Assembly (NCBI GenBank): GCA_027077875.1
Contig: JALWRB010000313.1
Coordinates: 1 to 52,924 of the forward strand
Direction: 5' to 3'
DNA: 52,924 bases
Origin: Candidatus Heimdallarchaeota archaeon
Lineage (GTDB): Archaea; Asgardarchaeota; Heimdallarchaeia; Heimdallarchaeales; Kariarchaeaceae
Shown here: positions 1 through 10,141 of the stretch, piece by piece
Numbering within the stretch: position 1 is the first letter of the stretch
How the letters are laid out: the number at the start of each line of letters is the position of its first letter
The notes under the pieces: generated by a model
Told to the model about the DNA's origin: nothing
The model's input: the letters and a program-made list of their open reading frames with translations, nothing else
Databases searched by the model: none
Made by a program: the position numbers and the translations under genes

Positions 1-3000
1 TACAGTCCAGAGCTCCGCGACACACTCAGGAGGTACGACGCCAAGGTTCTGAAAACCGATCCGACGATCTCGGCCTTTCTTGTCGAGGTTCCGGTTGTGA
101 TGTTGGACGGCTTCGTCAGCGAGGCCATCGGTCTGCCAGCGGTGGACTACGTCGAGCCCAACTTCTACGTGCAGGCTTCTTACGTCCCCAACGATCCGGA
201 CTGGCCTGTTCAGTGGGGTCCGCAGATCATCGGGATGGAGACAGCGTGGGACGTACAGCTCGGGGACAGGAACGTGTTAGTTGCGGTGATCGACACCGGT
301 ATCGACTACACCCACCCTGACCTAGTGGACAACTACGTCCCTCTCGGCTACGATTTCTTCAATAACGACAATGACCCGATGGATGACAACAGCCACGGTA
401 CTCACGTCGCAGGCACCATCGCCGCTTCCATCAGCAACGGAGTAGGCATCGCGGGAGTTGCGAACGTCTCCGTTATGGCAGAGAAGTTTCTAGATGCCAA
501 TGGCTTCGGCTCTGATTTCGACGGAGCTTCGGCAATCACCCACGCCGTCGACCAGGGAGCAGACATCCTCTCCAACAGCTGGGGTGGCACCGGCTACTCA
601 CAGCTCATCGCAGACGCCGTGGACTACGCCATCAGCTCTGGGGTCATCGTAGTAGCAGCAGCGGGCAACAGCGGTAGTGACATCATCAGCTACCCCGCAG
701 CCCTGCCGGGTGTCATCGGAGTCTCGGCCACCGATCAGAATGACCAGCTTGCGTACTTCTCAAGTTACGGTCCAGTGGTGGACATCGCAGCCCCTGGTGT
801 CGACATCTATTCTTCTGTTATTGGAGGATACGCGTACTACAGTGGAACCTCGATGGCCACACCCCACGTCAGTGGCCTTCTGGCCCTTCTCATGAGCCAG
901 TTCCCTAGTTACACTCCCACACAGTTGGAGGAACTGCTGTACTCCACCGCAGTGGACCTTGGAGATCCGGGATTCGACCAGTTCTTCGGGTGGGGAAGGA
1001 TAGATGCCTCGTCCGCTATCTTCGGACTGCAGGATCACAATGTCAGGGCATCAATATCCGGACCTGATTACATCCCTCTGAACGAGACGGGCTCGTTCAG
1101 TGTAACAGTTAGCAACGTTGGTCTCATGAATGAGACGAATGTGGAGCTAGCAGTCTACCTCAACGGTACGAATGTCATCAACCAGACAATCCCGACCCTC
1201 AACTCGGGCGATAGCATATCTTTCTCGTACGACATCTACGGGGACCAGCTCACGACATACGAGCTGTTTGCTTCCGTGACTCCCGTCTTCAACGAGACGG
1301 TCGTTCACGACAACGTAGCGACCAAGTATACCACGGTCTCTCTGCCGATCATCCACCCCTCTCAGGGCAATATGATGATGTACTATTCTCCAGACATGAC
1401 CGATCCGATGGCGTACCGGTTCGAGGTCGTCAACGACACCGATCCGAGTGCAGTTCAGTTCGATATGTACTTCTACGACTCCAGCTCGAGGAACGAATTC
1501 TACGGATTTAGTTTATTTGTCAACACGTACACAAGGGAGAGTTCCGACATCTGGGACCTCTTCCCCTACTGGATCCAGACGGACGTCCAGATTGGTGACA
1601 CCATAGAGCTGTTCCAGAAGGGACAGTTCGTCCCCGTCGTGGGAGAGGCAGTCCTCGACTACTACGGTACTCCATTGGACACTTGGGTTGTGGACGACGG
1701 CTTCGAGCTTGTCTACTTCTCTAAGGCGGATGGGTACCTTGTAAAGGTAGATGACTACACAGGGTTCAGCTTCATTGACATGCGGTCGACGAACATCCTC
1801 ACATCACCGGTTCACAACCTGAGGATTGATCTTGCCTCTACACCCTATGGAGTTGTCGGAGAGGAAGTCCTATTTGACATCCTCCTGCAGAACACCGGCA
1901 CAGAGTTCGAATTCTTCCAAGTTGAGGTTGCGATAGATGGAACACCCATATACTCACAGATACACAACCAGACTGGAGTTGGCGGATACGAATTCATTGG
2001 TGTCCCGTGGACTGCTCCCGCGGAAGGATACTACAACCTCTCTGCGGTGATTTACCCCGTCGCCAATGAGACCTACGTAGAGGACAATATCGTGGAAGCG
2101 ATAATAGGTGCAGGTACGCTTAGGAACTATGACATGTTACCCACCACGTTCTCGTGGTTCGATGCCGCCACCAACGGTGACAACCTCTTCCTCTCGGGAG
2201 ATGACGTAGCGGTTTCCGTCTCTCTACCATTCCCCGTACAGTTCTACGATCAGTCATTTACCACTCTGTATGTGGGCTCTAATGGATGGATGTCCTTCGC
2301 AGAGCCAGATGCTACTGAATTTTGGTATGATCCGTTCCCAACCGACACACATCCCTACGCGGTCGCTCCATTCTGGAATGATCTGATTGCGGACAACAAC
2401 GTATATGTGTGGGGAACCAGCGACTTCTTTGTAGTCGAGTACTCCAACTACTACTACCTCGGCGGTGAGCTCGCAGGAACGTTCGAGGTCGTGTTCTTCG
2501 CCAATGGGGACATACTCTTCCAGTATCAGTCCATCAACGTAGACTACATCTCCCTCAAGGGACTGAACTACGGGGTCATCCCAGTCTACTACAACGTCAT
2601 CGACGAGGACCTGACTGGAAGGCAGGACTACGCTGTACTCTTCACCATGTCAGGTGGTAGTACCGGTGTGGACATGCTGAGCGTGGATCTAGACGTACCT
2701 TCCCTCGCCCCGGGTGAGAGTGGATATATATCAGCCAGCGTGACCAACGTATGGAACAGTACTCTGCAGTACATCCCCCTCTACCTCGAGATCGATGGTA
2801 GGATCGAGGGTGGGATCTTCTCATCTGATTTGGCTCCCGGTGAGTCGATGACCTTTACCTACTACTGGCAGAACGTTGATTTCGGCAATTATATCATAAG
2901 GGCGTACACGGACGTGCTCCCCGGTGAGGAGGTTATCGACAACAACGAGGTGGTTGAGGAAGTCTACGTGAGCTACGGACATGACCTTGCCATCACACTC

Positions 3001-5253
3001 GACATCTTCGACAACGGTGACAGCTACGTGCTCCTTGCTACGGTCAACAACCTCGGATCTCAGGACGAGAGGGACGTGTCATACGACCTGTACATAGACG
3101 GAGTGCCAGTCTCCATCGGCAATATCACGTACCTGGCTGCCGGTTCGTTCTCACAGATGGCGTACTTCTGGTATGATGCCGAACCCGGTGTCCACACCAT
3201 CACTGCCTATGTACACCCAGTTCTGGACGAGGTGAACCTAGAGAACAATGAGGCAACTCTGGACTTCGAGGTTGTGCCACAGGATGGCGCATCTGTCGCC
3301 TTCCAGGTGAATGACATCGATACGGGTAATCCGATCGGTGATGCTTTCATCTACATCCTCAACCAAGATACGAATGAAGAGTGGTTCGAGTACACCAACA
3401 GCTCCGGTGGGTGGCAGGGTGTCCTCCCAGTGGGTAACTACTATGCGGAGGTCTCAGCTGCAAACTATACCACTGTCTCTCTGTGGTTCTCGATTGACGA
3501 GTTCACCGACAGCATACTCCTGTGGGTCGACATGACCAGCTCGAATCAGCCCCACTCCTTCGAGATCATCAGCCCGGTGGACAACGAGATGAGGAGCGGA
3601 GGGATCGTCCTTGTTGACTTCGACGCTATGTCTGCGGAGAGCATCCTCTACATGGATGTCTACGTCAACGGCATGTGGGTCGCCTCCACTGGGTTCTCAG
3701 GGTACTCACTTGGCGTACCCGTCTTCTCAAACGGAACCAACCTCATCGAGATCTATGTCTACTGGGATAATGGCGACATGCTTTACGACAGCGTCCTCGT
3801 TGATTCCTTCGACGTCGTCCCGATCGCTAAGCCCGAGTTCGGAGACTACGTCTCGCTCTTCTTCGAGCTACATGACAACTCCTCGATCCACGGGTACTTC
3901 AACTTCACGTTCTTGGACTACGTGTCGCAGTTCGAGGTCATGGTCGATCTCCAGATAGCTTTCTTCAATGGCACAGATTATGAGTACTCGAGTTACTACC
4001 TTGTGGTCAACATCCTGAACGGTTATGTCCCTGACTCAGACATGTGGTGGATATTCCAGCACTTCTACATGTTCTCAGGTATGACCGCCCCCAACATAAT
4101 CCAAGGACTGGACTACGCCATTCCTCTATGGCAGTGGGGAGATGTCTACTACCTCGTCGGTGAGGACATCTGGAACGATCAGCCAGTTTGGGTAATGATG
4201 AATTACTATGGCGATATATCCTACGTCCTCAAGGACAATGGTATGTGGGTATACGCCAACTTTGGAGACATGATCACTGCATCCATCATTGACTCTTCCT
4301 TCTTCGGTGCCTCACTCTCAGTGAACGCACCCCCAGAGCTATACACGGTGGAGGGTGAAATGTCGAACTTCACTTGGTCGGTAACCGGTGAGGGGCCGGG
4401 CTACTACAACGTCTACGTCGATGGTATTCAAGTAGAGAACGGAACATGGGACATGAGCGGTGAACTCTTCACCTACGTTCCCGGTCTCAGTGCAGGTTCC
4501 CACACGGTTACGCTCGTTGTGGGAGACTCCAAGGGTAATGAGATATTCGTGGACATCTCGGTTCTCACGTTCGACATCACTCCTCCCGATGTGATCTATG
4601 TAGGGAACTCCACCCTAACTGAGGGAGATGCCTACGCTGCGTGGTCAGCCAGTGATACCAACCCCGGTTGGTACGAGGTCTACGTAGACGGTGAGCTCAC
4701 AGAGCAAGGGAACTGGACCGACCTGATTGTCGTGAACCTTAACCACCTAGTTCCGGGCAGCTATGTCATCGAGATCTTCGTCTTCGACATGTACGGAAAC
4801 ATGGCCTACGACTTCCAAGAGCTCACCATCGTGCAAGCAGTGGAGTATAATCCTCCGTCCGTACTGGGTGACAAGGACTTCAGCTATGAGGCCAACTCGA
4901 CGAACAACGTGGTGACTTGGCAGGTTAGCGACGAGAGCGCTGTGACCTACGAGCTCTACCTGGGTGACGACCTCATAGACTCAGGGAATGTCACAGATGG
5001 AGTGATCTCCTTCAACATCGACGGTCTGGAGCCAGGACGATACGAGTTCAGATTGGTGGTCACTGACGAGTTCGGAAACACCTCGGAGGACTCCGTTGTG
5101 GTCTACGTGCTGTCAGCGAATATGGAAGAGATTGTCGACAAGGCAGAGGACAAGTTGGAGAAGAAGGTCCCCGGCTTTACCACATTCCTTGCAATCCTCG
5201 CACTACTGGGCCTAGGGTTGCTCAGAAGATTTGTCGTAAAGCCCAAGTCATGA
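1..5253 (+). CDS. Very large cell-surface subtilisin-like (S8) serine protease with CARDB/Ig-like repeats and PGF-type C-terminal sorting tail; 5'-truncated by the window edge
   Basis: Frame 1 is open from base 1 (YSPELRDTLRRYDAKV..., propeptide-like), so the ORF-track start at 97 is internal. Catalytic motifs are IDTG (Asp), HGTHVAG (His), AAAGNSG (oxyanion Asn) and GTSMATPHVSG (Ser). CARDB-like repeats end in E...DN. The C-terminus is KVPGF + hydrophobic helix + RR..K.K. Confidence 0.93.
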   Translation, partial: YSPELRDTLRRYDAKVLKTDPTISAFLVEVPVVMLDGFVSEAIGLPAVDYVEPNFYVQASYVPNDPDWPVQWGPQIIGMETAWDVQLGDRNVLVAVIDTGIDYTHPDLVDNYVPLGYDFFNNDNDPMDDNSHGTHVAGTIAASISNGVGIAGVANVSVMAEKFLDANGFGSDFDGASAITHAVDQGADILSNSWGGTGYSQLIADAVDYAISSGVIVVAAAGNSGSDIISYPAALPGVIGVSATDQNDQLAYFSSYGPVVDIAAPGVDIYSSVIGGYAYYSGTSMATPHVSGLLALLMSQFPSYTPTQLEELLYSTAVDLGDPGFDQFFGWGRIDASSAIFGLQDHNVRASISGPDYIPLNETGSFSVTVSNVGLMNETNVELAVYLNGTNVINQTIPTLNSGDSISFSYDIYGDQLTTYELFASVTPVFNETVVHDNVATKYTTVSLPIIHPSQGNMMMYYSPDMTDPMAYRFEVVNDTDPSAVQFDMYFYDSSSRNEFYGFSLFVNTYTRESSDIWDLFPYWIQTDVQIGDTIELFQKGQFVPVVGEAVLDYYGTPLDTWVVDDGFELVYFSKADGYLVKVDDYTGFSFIDMRSTNILTSPVHNLRIDLASTPYGVVGEEVLFDILLQNTGTEFEFFQVEVAIDGTPIYSQIHNQTGVGGYEFIGVPWTAPAEGYYNLSAVIYPVANETYVEDNIVEAIIGAGTLRNYDMLPTTFSWFDAATNGDNLFLSGDDVAVSVSLPFPVQFYDQSFTTLYVGSNGWMSFAEPDATEFWYDPFPTDTHPYAVAPFWNDLIADNNVYVWGTSDFFVVEYSNYYYLGGELAGTFEVVFFANGDILFQYQSINVDYISLKGLNYGVIPVYYNVIDEDLTGRQDYAVLFTMSGGSTGVDMLSVDLDVPSLAPGESGYISASVTNVWNSTLQYIPLYLEIDGRIEGGIFSSDLAPGESMTFTYYWQNVDFGNYIIRAYTDVLPGEEVIDNNEVVEEVYVSYGHDLAITLDIFDNGDSYVLLATVNNLGSQDERDVSYDLYIDGVPVSIGNITYLAAGSFSQMAYFWYDAEPGVHTITAYVHPVLDEVNLENNEATLDFEVVPQDGASVAFQVNDIDTGNPIGDAFIYILNQDTNEEWFEYTNSSGGWQGVLPVGNYYAEVSAANYTTVSLWFSIDEFTDSILLWVDMTSSNQPHSFEIISPVDNEMRSGGIVLVDFDAMSAESILYMDVYVNGMWVASTGFSGYSLGVPVFSNGTNLIEIYVYWDNGDMLYDSVLVDSFDVVPIAKPEFGDYVSLFFELHDNSSIHGYFNFTFLDYVSQFEVMVDLQIAFFNGTDYEYSSYYLVVNILNGYVPDSDMWWIFQHFYMFSGMTAPNIIQGLDYAIPLWQWGDVYYLVGEDIWNDQPVWVMMNYYGDISYVLKDNGMWVYANFGDMITASIIDSSFFGASLSVNAPPELYTVEGEMSNFTWSVTGEGPGYYNVYVDGIQVENGTWDMSGELFTYVPGLSAGSHTVTLVVGDSKGNEIFVDISVLTFDITPPDVIYVGNSTLTEGDAYAAWSASDTNPGWYEVYVDGELTEQGNWTDLIVVNLNHLVPGSYVIEIFVFDMYGNMAYDFQELTIVQAVEYNPPSVLGDKDFSYEANSTNNVVTWQVSDESAVTYELYLGDDLIDSGNVTDGVISFNIDGLEPGRYEFRLVVTDEFGNTSEDSVVVYVLSANMEEIVDKAEDKLEKKVPGFTTFLAILALLGLGLLRRFVVKPKS

Positions 5254-5333
5254 TACCTATAATCTAGTAATTTCAATGCAATACAAATCTTTCAAATGAT
5301 AACTTTCAAGTTAAATCCCTTGAGTAGTTCAGA

Positions 5334-5891
5334 CTATCCGAACAATGGGATCATCGCGTAGTTCATGACCACATGGTTCACTGCCACCTCTAGCCCGAAT
5401 CCCAAAACTATAGCCACGAAGGACTTCCACATTGGCATACTGTCGTACGTGGTCAGTGCTATCATGAAGCCGATGTTGAAAATGAAGAAGAAGAGAAATA
5501 CCCCGAATCCCAGCTCGAAGAAGAATCCGAGGATGTAGGCTATGTAGTTCCAGACCATGACCGCAGCGTAGAGCCTGAGTGTAGGAGCAAAGGTCAGCTC
5601 ACTCCCAAATGCGTACTTAGCGATGACAGCGATGAAGTAAACCTGCAGGAAATCGTGGAGCAACTGTGAGACGAGCATACTGACAAATAGTCCGGTTCCC
5701 GCTAGGCTGGAGTTCGAGAGCCCACTGGAAGGTGGTGCAACTCCCGAAAGCGTTACATCAACTGTGACCATGATCTCGTAGAAGAACACGATGGCTATGG
5801 CAAGGAGTGTGAGTGAGTTTTCCTTTCCAGCTCTCTCAAACCCCTCCTTATTGTATGTCAGTCCGGGTATGACCATATCTGTATAAGACAT
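5334..5891 (-). CDS. Yip1-family-like multi-pass membrane protein
   Basis: About five hydrophobic segments. The pattern P..TYNKEGFERAG / KYAFGSELTFAPTLRLYA / IALTTYDSMPMWKSFVAIV resembles prokaryotic YIP1 proteins. A GAGGT SD sequence lies upstream. Confidence 0.55.
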   Translation of the reverse strand: MSYTDMVIPGLTYNKEGFERAGKENSLTLLAIAIVFFYEIMVTVDVTLSGVAPPSSGLSNSSLAGTGLFVSMLVSQLLHDFLQVYFIAVIAKYAFGSELTFAPTLRLYAAVMVWNYIAYILGFFFELGFGVFLFFFIFNIGFMIALTTYDSMPMWKSFVAIVLGFGLEVAVNHVVMNYAMIPLFG

Positions 5892-6075
5892 CGTGTAATT
5901 ACCTCATTTTGTGAATATAAGGATTATTCGTCGGGTATAGTGCTCTGTCACAATAATTCGAAATTATTGGAATAAAACTGTTGGTTGGTGACGGAGATCG
6001 AGGAATGACTTGTCCAGAAATCCCTTAAAGTTACTAGGTACTGCTTTCCGTTGGTAAAGCTGATTTGCCCCGAGT

Positions 6076-6130
6076 TACTTTTTCCTTAAGTATCTAGGAG
6101 GGAATACAGAATCACGGAATACTATCCGTG
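6076..6130 (+). promoter_or_regulatory. Two inverted repeats upstream of the SnoaL-like gene: TACTT-N7-AAGTA (6076-6092), overlapping a TATA-like TTAAGTA, and CACGGA-N6-TCCGTG (6113-6130), abutting the SD
   Basis: Both repeats are read directly from the sequence. GGAGG lies at 6130-6134 and the ATG at 6141. Function is inferred. Confidence 0.4.
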
Positions 6131-6140
6131 GAGGCAATAA

Positions 6141-6911
6141 ATGTCAAGCAACAAACAGAAAGTAATTGCCCTTCTCGAGAGCATCGAGAACGGCAGTACT
6201 CAACCAATAAATTATATCAATCCAACTAAGTACATCCAGCACAACCCCATGGTCAAGGACGGACTTGCAGGGTTTGGTGAGGTCATGGCGAACAAGCCAC
6301 CGAATGGATTTAAAGTCTCAGTAAAACGGGCTTTCGAAGACGGAGACTATGTATTCACCCACACAGAGTACGACTTCTTTGGCCAAAAAGTAGGATTCGA
6401 CATCTTCAGATTCGAGAACGGGCTTATTGTAGAGCATTGGGACAACCTCGACGAGGTCAAGCCACCCAATCCTTCGGGAAGATCACAGGTCGATGGACAC
6501 ACGATGATTGAGGATCTGGACAGGACAGAGGAAAACCGTAGGACAGTGACTGATTTCATCCAGTCAGTCCTCGTTGGAGGGAGGTTCGATCGCTTGGGTG
6601 AATTCATCAATGGTGATAACTACATCCAGCATAACGCCAATATAGCGGACGGGCTCTCGGGCTTGGGTGAGGCATTGGAGGAACTGAGTAAGGCAGGGAT
6701 TACCATGGAATACCTGCAGTGCCACAAGGTACTTGCAGAGGGTAACTTTGTTCTCGCGATCTCCGAAGGTAAATTCGGTGGGAGGGACGTCACCTACTAT
6801 GACCTATTTAGGCTGTCCGAGGGAAAGCTTGTGGAGCACTGGGACGTTATCGAGAAACTCCTGCCTGAATCAGAATGGCAGAATACCAACGGAAAGTTCG
6901 GCTTTGTATAG
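6141..6911 (+). CDS. SnoaL-like/NTF2-fold protein with two tandem domains
   Basis: Duplicated motifs YIQHNPMVKDG...FEDGDYVFTH...DIFRFENGLIVEHWD and YIQHNANIADG...AEGNFVL...DLFRLSEGKLVEHWD. Confidence 0.9.
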   Translation: MSSNKQKVIALLESIENGSTQPINYINPTKYIQHNPMVKDGLAGFGEVMANKPPNGFKVSVKRAFEDGDYVFTHTEYDFFGQKVGFDIFRFENGLIVEHWDNLDEVKPPNPSGRSQVDGHTMIEDLDRTEENRRTVTDFIQSVLVGGRFDRLGEFINGDNYIQHNANIADGLSGLGEALEELSKAGITMEYLQCHKVLAEGNFVLAISEGKFGGRDVTYYDLFRLSEGKLVEHWDVIEKLLPESEWQNTNGKFGFV

Positions 6912-6916
6912 AGGAT

Positions 6917-7294
6917 TCATTTCGCAGGGAACCATCTTCGGCTCCACTCTGACAGATCATCGAGCATGTCCTTGAGATCCAGACCCTTCTCCGTCAACGA
7001 GTATTCGATGGAGACAGGTCTGTCCGAGACGATGGACCTCTTGACAAGGTCATATTGCTCAAGGTGTTTGAGTTTTTCCGACAGGGTCTTGGAACTCATG
7101 GGTTTGAGGATCCTCAGTAGCTCGTTGAATCTGTAAGGTCTGGTGGAGAGGTAGAGCTCCTTGAGGATCAACAGGATGCTCCTATTCCCTATGATGTGAA
7201 TAGCCCTAGCATAGGGACAATCAATTCTCTCTAACTCATTGAACAGACTCCGTCTGTCCTCGAATGGAACGTCTTGCACAGGTAGAGGATACAC
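6917..7294 (-). CDS. HxlR/DUF24-family winged-helix transcriptional regulator
   Basis: CPYARAIHIIGNRSILLIL...RFNEL...MSSKTLSEKLKHLE...VEYSLTEKG pattern. The true start may be the in-frame GTG at 7279, given the TATA-like run at ~7301-7310. Confidence 0.9.
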   Translation of the reverse strand: MYPLPVQDVPFEDRRSLFNELERIDCPYARAIHIIGNRSILLILKELYLSTRPYRFNELLRILKPMSSKTLSEKLKHLEQYDLVKRSIVSDRPVSIEYSLTEKGLDLKDMLDDLSEWSRRWFPAK

Positions 7295-7389
7295 ACCAGG
7301 TATATATTATTTTGGAAAGCAGGTGTTGGAAGTAAATCGCGTTAATGGAATTGCTATCATCTGGACCGAGGAGATCACCTCGGTAAATA

Positions 7390-7896
7390 CTAGGTTTTAT
7401 TGTGTATTCTTGAATTCACGATACCAATCCAGTTTCTTATGTCACTCTCACTGTAGTTCGTTACTCGGTAGGTAACCTTCTTTCCGTCCTTCATTGACAC
7501 ATCTATGTATCTTATTATTCGCCTTCTCTTTGGTGTTCTACCTTCATGATATCTAACTGACATAATATTTGAGATAGGAGTAGAGTGTCCAGTTAACCAC
7601 TTGCGTTGACCTGCAATGTTGTCATCCACAAACAGAAATCCCTTACTTTCGTTCTGTTGGAAAACGAAAATTATTGCAAGTGGTGCCAAGAAAAACAACA
7701 TCAGTTGCCATGGTAGAGAAAAGAGAAAACCTCCGAATGTGAAAATGACAAAATAGAAGAGTATCTGATTGTTAGCTTTGTTTGGTATTGCTTCGAATTT
7801 ATGATCCATATGTTTGTCAAAATGAAGAGAAAATAAAACTATTGGTTCTTGGATTGAATATCCCCGCTGGATTCTGTCACTTACAAAGACTGACAT
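7390..7896 (-). CDS. Hypothetical membrane protein (two TM helices followed by a small beta-rich domain)
   Basis: Hydrophobic hairpin ILFYFVIFTFGGFLFSLPWQLMLFFLAPLAIIFVF. The start is placed at ATG 7896 because a purine-rich SD-like run lies just upstream. Confidence 0.6.
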   Translation of the reverse strand: MSVFVSDRIQRGYSIQEPIVLFSLHFDKHMDHKFEAIPNKANNQILFYFVIFTFGGFLFSLPWQLMLFFLAPLAIIFVFQQNESKGFLFVDDNIAGQRKWLTGHSTPISNIMSVRYHEGRTPKRRRIIRYIDVSMKDGKKVTYRVTNYSESDIRNWIGIVNSRIHNKT

Positions 7897-8006
7897 TGAA
7901 CCCTCTCCTTGTGCGGGTGGCATAATATTTTACAATAGACCATGGATGACAGCTGACCATCCAATGTGCAAATGATTTATAATATTATTAGTAGAGTATT
8001 TTACTC

Positions 8007-8591
8007 ATGGGACAGTTTGTTGCTTTTGAAGAAGGCATTGAGGTAAATGGTCAGACCATCTTCTCAATTATCGATGCCATGGCCGTCCGGTTCATGACCG
8101 AGAAGATCTTCAAGGAAGTGGGCCTCCCCCCTACCTCTGAGATTGAGGGGAATCCACACGGGTGGTATCCACAACAGAGATGGTTGGACGCATTCCGGCG
8201 GATATCTGAGAAAATCGGGCACGCCTCCTTATTCGCGATCGGTAAGAAGATCCCTGAGAACGCAGAGTTCCCCCCAGACATCGACTCGGTTGAAAAAGCA
8301 TTGGCCTCGATTGACGTGGCTTACCACATGAACCATCGAAACAGCTCAGGAGAGGTTCTGTTTGATCCATCGACAGGGAAGATGCTTGAGGGCATCGGAC
8401 ACTACAAATATGAGAAAGTGGGTGAGAACAAGGCAGTGCTCACCTGCCAGAACCCATATCCCTGTGACTTCGACCGTGGAATAATCAAGGCGATGGCCCG
8501 CCGGTTTGAGAAGAACTCAAGGGTGGATCACATGGAAGGTAGGTGCAGGAACGCAGGTGCTGATCTCTGCAGATATGAAGTTGAATGGTAG
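8007..8591 (+). CDS. Stand-alone V4R (4-vinyl reductase)-like small-ligand-binding protein
   Basis: C-terminal CQNPYPCDFDRGII...CRNAGADLCRYEVEW has V4R-type Cys spacing. The N-terminal WYP..W motif is reminiscent of HNOB/V4R sensors. Confidence 0.6.
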   Translation: MGQFVAFEEGIEVNGQTIFSIIDAMAVRFMTEKIFKEVGLPPTSEIEGNPHGWYPQQRWLDAFRRISEKIGHASLFAIGKKIPENAEFPPDIDSVEKALASIDVAYHMNHRNSSGEVLFDPSTGKMLEGIGHYKYEKVGENKAVLTCQNPYPCDFDRGIIKAMARRFEKNSRVDHMEGRCRNAGADLCRYEVEW

Positions 8592-9122
8592 CTCCGTCAG
8601 AAAGATTGATTAACACATGCGATGGAGTTGTGTTCTTGTTTACTGTGAACATCCCTCCAACAATGACTTAGTTGACTGATCTTGAATCAAGGCAACTTGT
8701 CAGGCTTCGTAGAATTGAACTGATTTGGTCTTCAGTCATCCATGTATCCCTTCTCATTTTCAGCCCGAAGACTAGGAAAGCCTTACTATCCTTGGTCAGT
8801 GCATATCAGCCGAACCTCTTTGCTCGGATCGCCTCTCTGATAACTTGGAGTCTCCTCTCCCTTAATCAGTTCTTGATCGGAGGTCGTTTTACAAGAATAC
8901 TGGGCATCGAGATGAATAAAGTCAGTCTACCAGGGATATTTCCCAATTGTCTTAATTCCCCTTCTATTAATTGATATTTACCTCAGAAGTATATTATAGC
9001 ATATCGAAGAGAAAAAAGTTTGAATAGATTTGCTTTGAAATGTAGACGCTCTCCCATTTTCCATTCGAAACATGGGCAGGGTACAATCTTAGCAAGTCAT
9101 AAGATATATATGATCATAGGGG

Positions 9123-9292
9123 ATGATTTCACCCAAAACGGAAGAATTTAGTATGGAAGGGAATGAGGTAGTTCAAATTTATTAATACTGAAAGATGCAG
9201 GTCAGGTGTATTTGAAGATACAGGACAATGATTTTATGATACACAAAGGTGATACACATGTCTTTGATATGTCCAAAAATAGCATGATTTAG
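9123..9292 (+). pseudogene. Possible frameshifted cupin-like gene remnant
   Basis: MISPKTEEFSMEGNEVVQIY* (9123-9185) continues in the -1 frame as LILKDAGQVYLKIQDNDFMIHKGDTHVFDMSKNSMI* (9182-9292). Joined, this resembles a cupin beta-barrel (E..Y.L.G...I......KGD..VF). Confidence 0.25.
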
Positions 9293-9377
9293 AAGGTTCG
9301 TACCTCGAATACTCCCATATCCGTTCATTCTAAATCCGTAATTATTCTATCTAATCGACGAGAATCTATTTGAGTTA

Positions 9378-10139
9378 TTAGTCTTTCCGGATGATGGGAC
9401 TTGCACCTACCCACAACATGTCAAAATATGATTCGAAATTACTGTAAATTTCTTTAGAGGAAATAAGGATGCCCGTAGGTCTATTTGACCATGAAATTAT
9501 AAGAAGTCGATCATTTATCAAATCAATTGCAGCGGGCAATGGGAAATCTACATACCTCATATTATCTGCATCAAATATATCATTGAATGCAGGGTTGTAG
9601 ACTATATTTCTCTTGATGATGCCTCTGATTTCCATAGAGAATATGGGGGATAACAAATATTTTGAATAGAATTCCGTAGCCATTGGATGAGGGGTATCGT
9701 ATGGATAAATATAGCGGAGTATGTCTGATTTGATAGATCCGTTTAACAACCTCTGGTAGGCAGATTTCAGTCCTTTCAACCCAGAGAATATTTCAGCTCC
9801 AATAGTATCAGTGAGAACCTGGTGCTTCGAGAAAAGAGGAAGAAGTTCGTGTAGCCGGGACTTGTTAGCAGAGATTTGTGCCACTTTTTTGTCCAAATAT
9901 TCCTCCAGTCTATAGGGTTCAATTGCAGAATATTTTCTTAATTTCCCTACATCAATGTAGCTTATAAGCCCTTTTTCTATCAACTTCTCAATAACAAAAT
10001 AAATCTTTGAGGAGGATACACCAGATTCTTTTACAATTGAGCTTATCCTACTCTGGCCAAGAGTGAGCAGTGCTACATAGACTCTGGCCTCACCTGAAGT
10101 TAAACCTATACTCTTCAAGTAGTTAATTAGCTGGTCCAA
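9378..10139 (-). CDS. TrmB-family transcriptional regulator (wHTH plus C-terminal effector domain)
   Basis: LKSIGLTSGEARVYVALL...ISSIVKESGVSSSKIYFVIEKLIEKGLI...Y.A.EP motif. The likely start is TTG at 10139 (alternative ATG 10193). The ORF-track extension to 10382 overlaps the divergent gene. Confidence 0.9.
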   Translation of the reverse strand: MDQLINYLKSIGLTSGEARVYVALLTLGQSRISSIVKESGVSSSKIYFVIEKLIEKGLISYIDVGKLRKYSAIEPYRLEEYLDKKVAQISANKSRLHELLPLFSKHQVLTDTIGAEIFSGLKGLKSAYQRLLNGSIKSDILRYIYPYDTPHPMATEFYSKYLLSPIFSMEIRGIIKRNIVYNPAFNDIFDADNMRYVDFPLPAAIDLINDRLLIISWSNRPTGILISSKEIYSNFESYFDMLWVGASPIIRKD

Positions 10140-10141
10140 TA

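Noticed and set aside
8672-8974. 100-aa plus-strand ORF
   Set aside because: TTG start with no SD, no recognisable family, and it sits in a region that looks decayed.
8668-9099. Repeated in-frame TGA codons as possible selenocysteine or Trp recoding
   Set aside because: TGA is used as a normal stop by genes in this window (e.g. 5253, 31313), no SECIS-like element or Cys-type context is evident, and pseudogenisation or chance is simpler.
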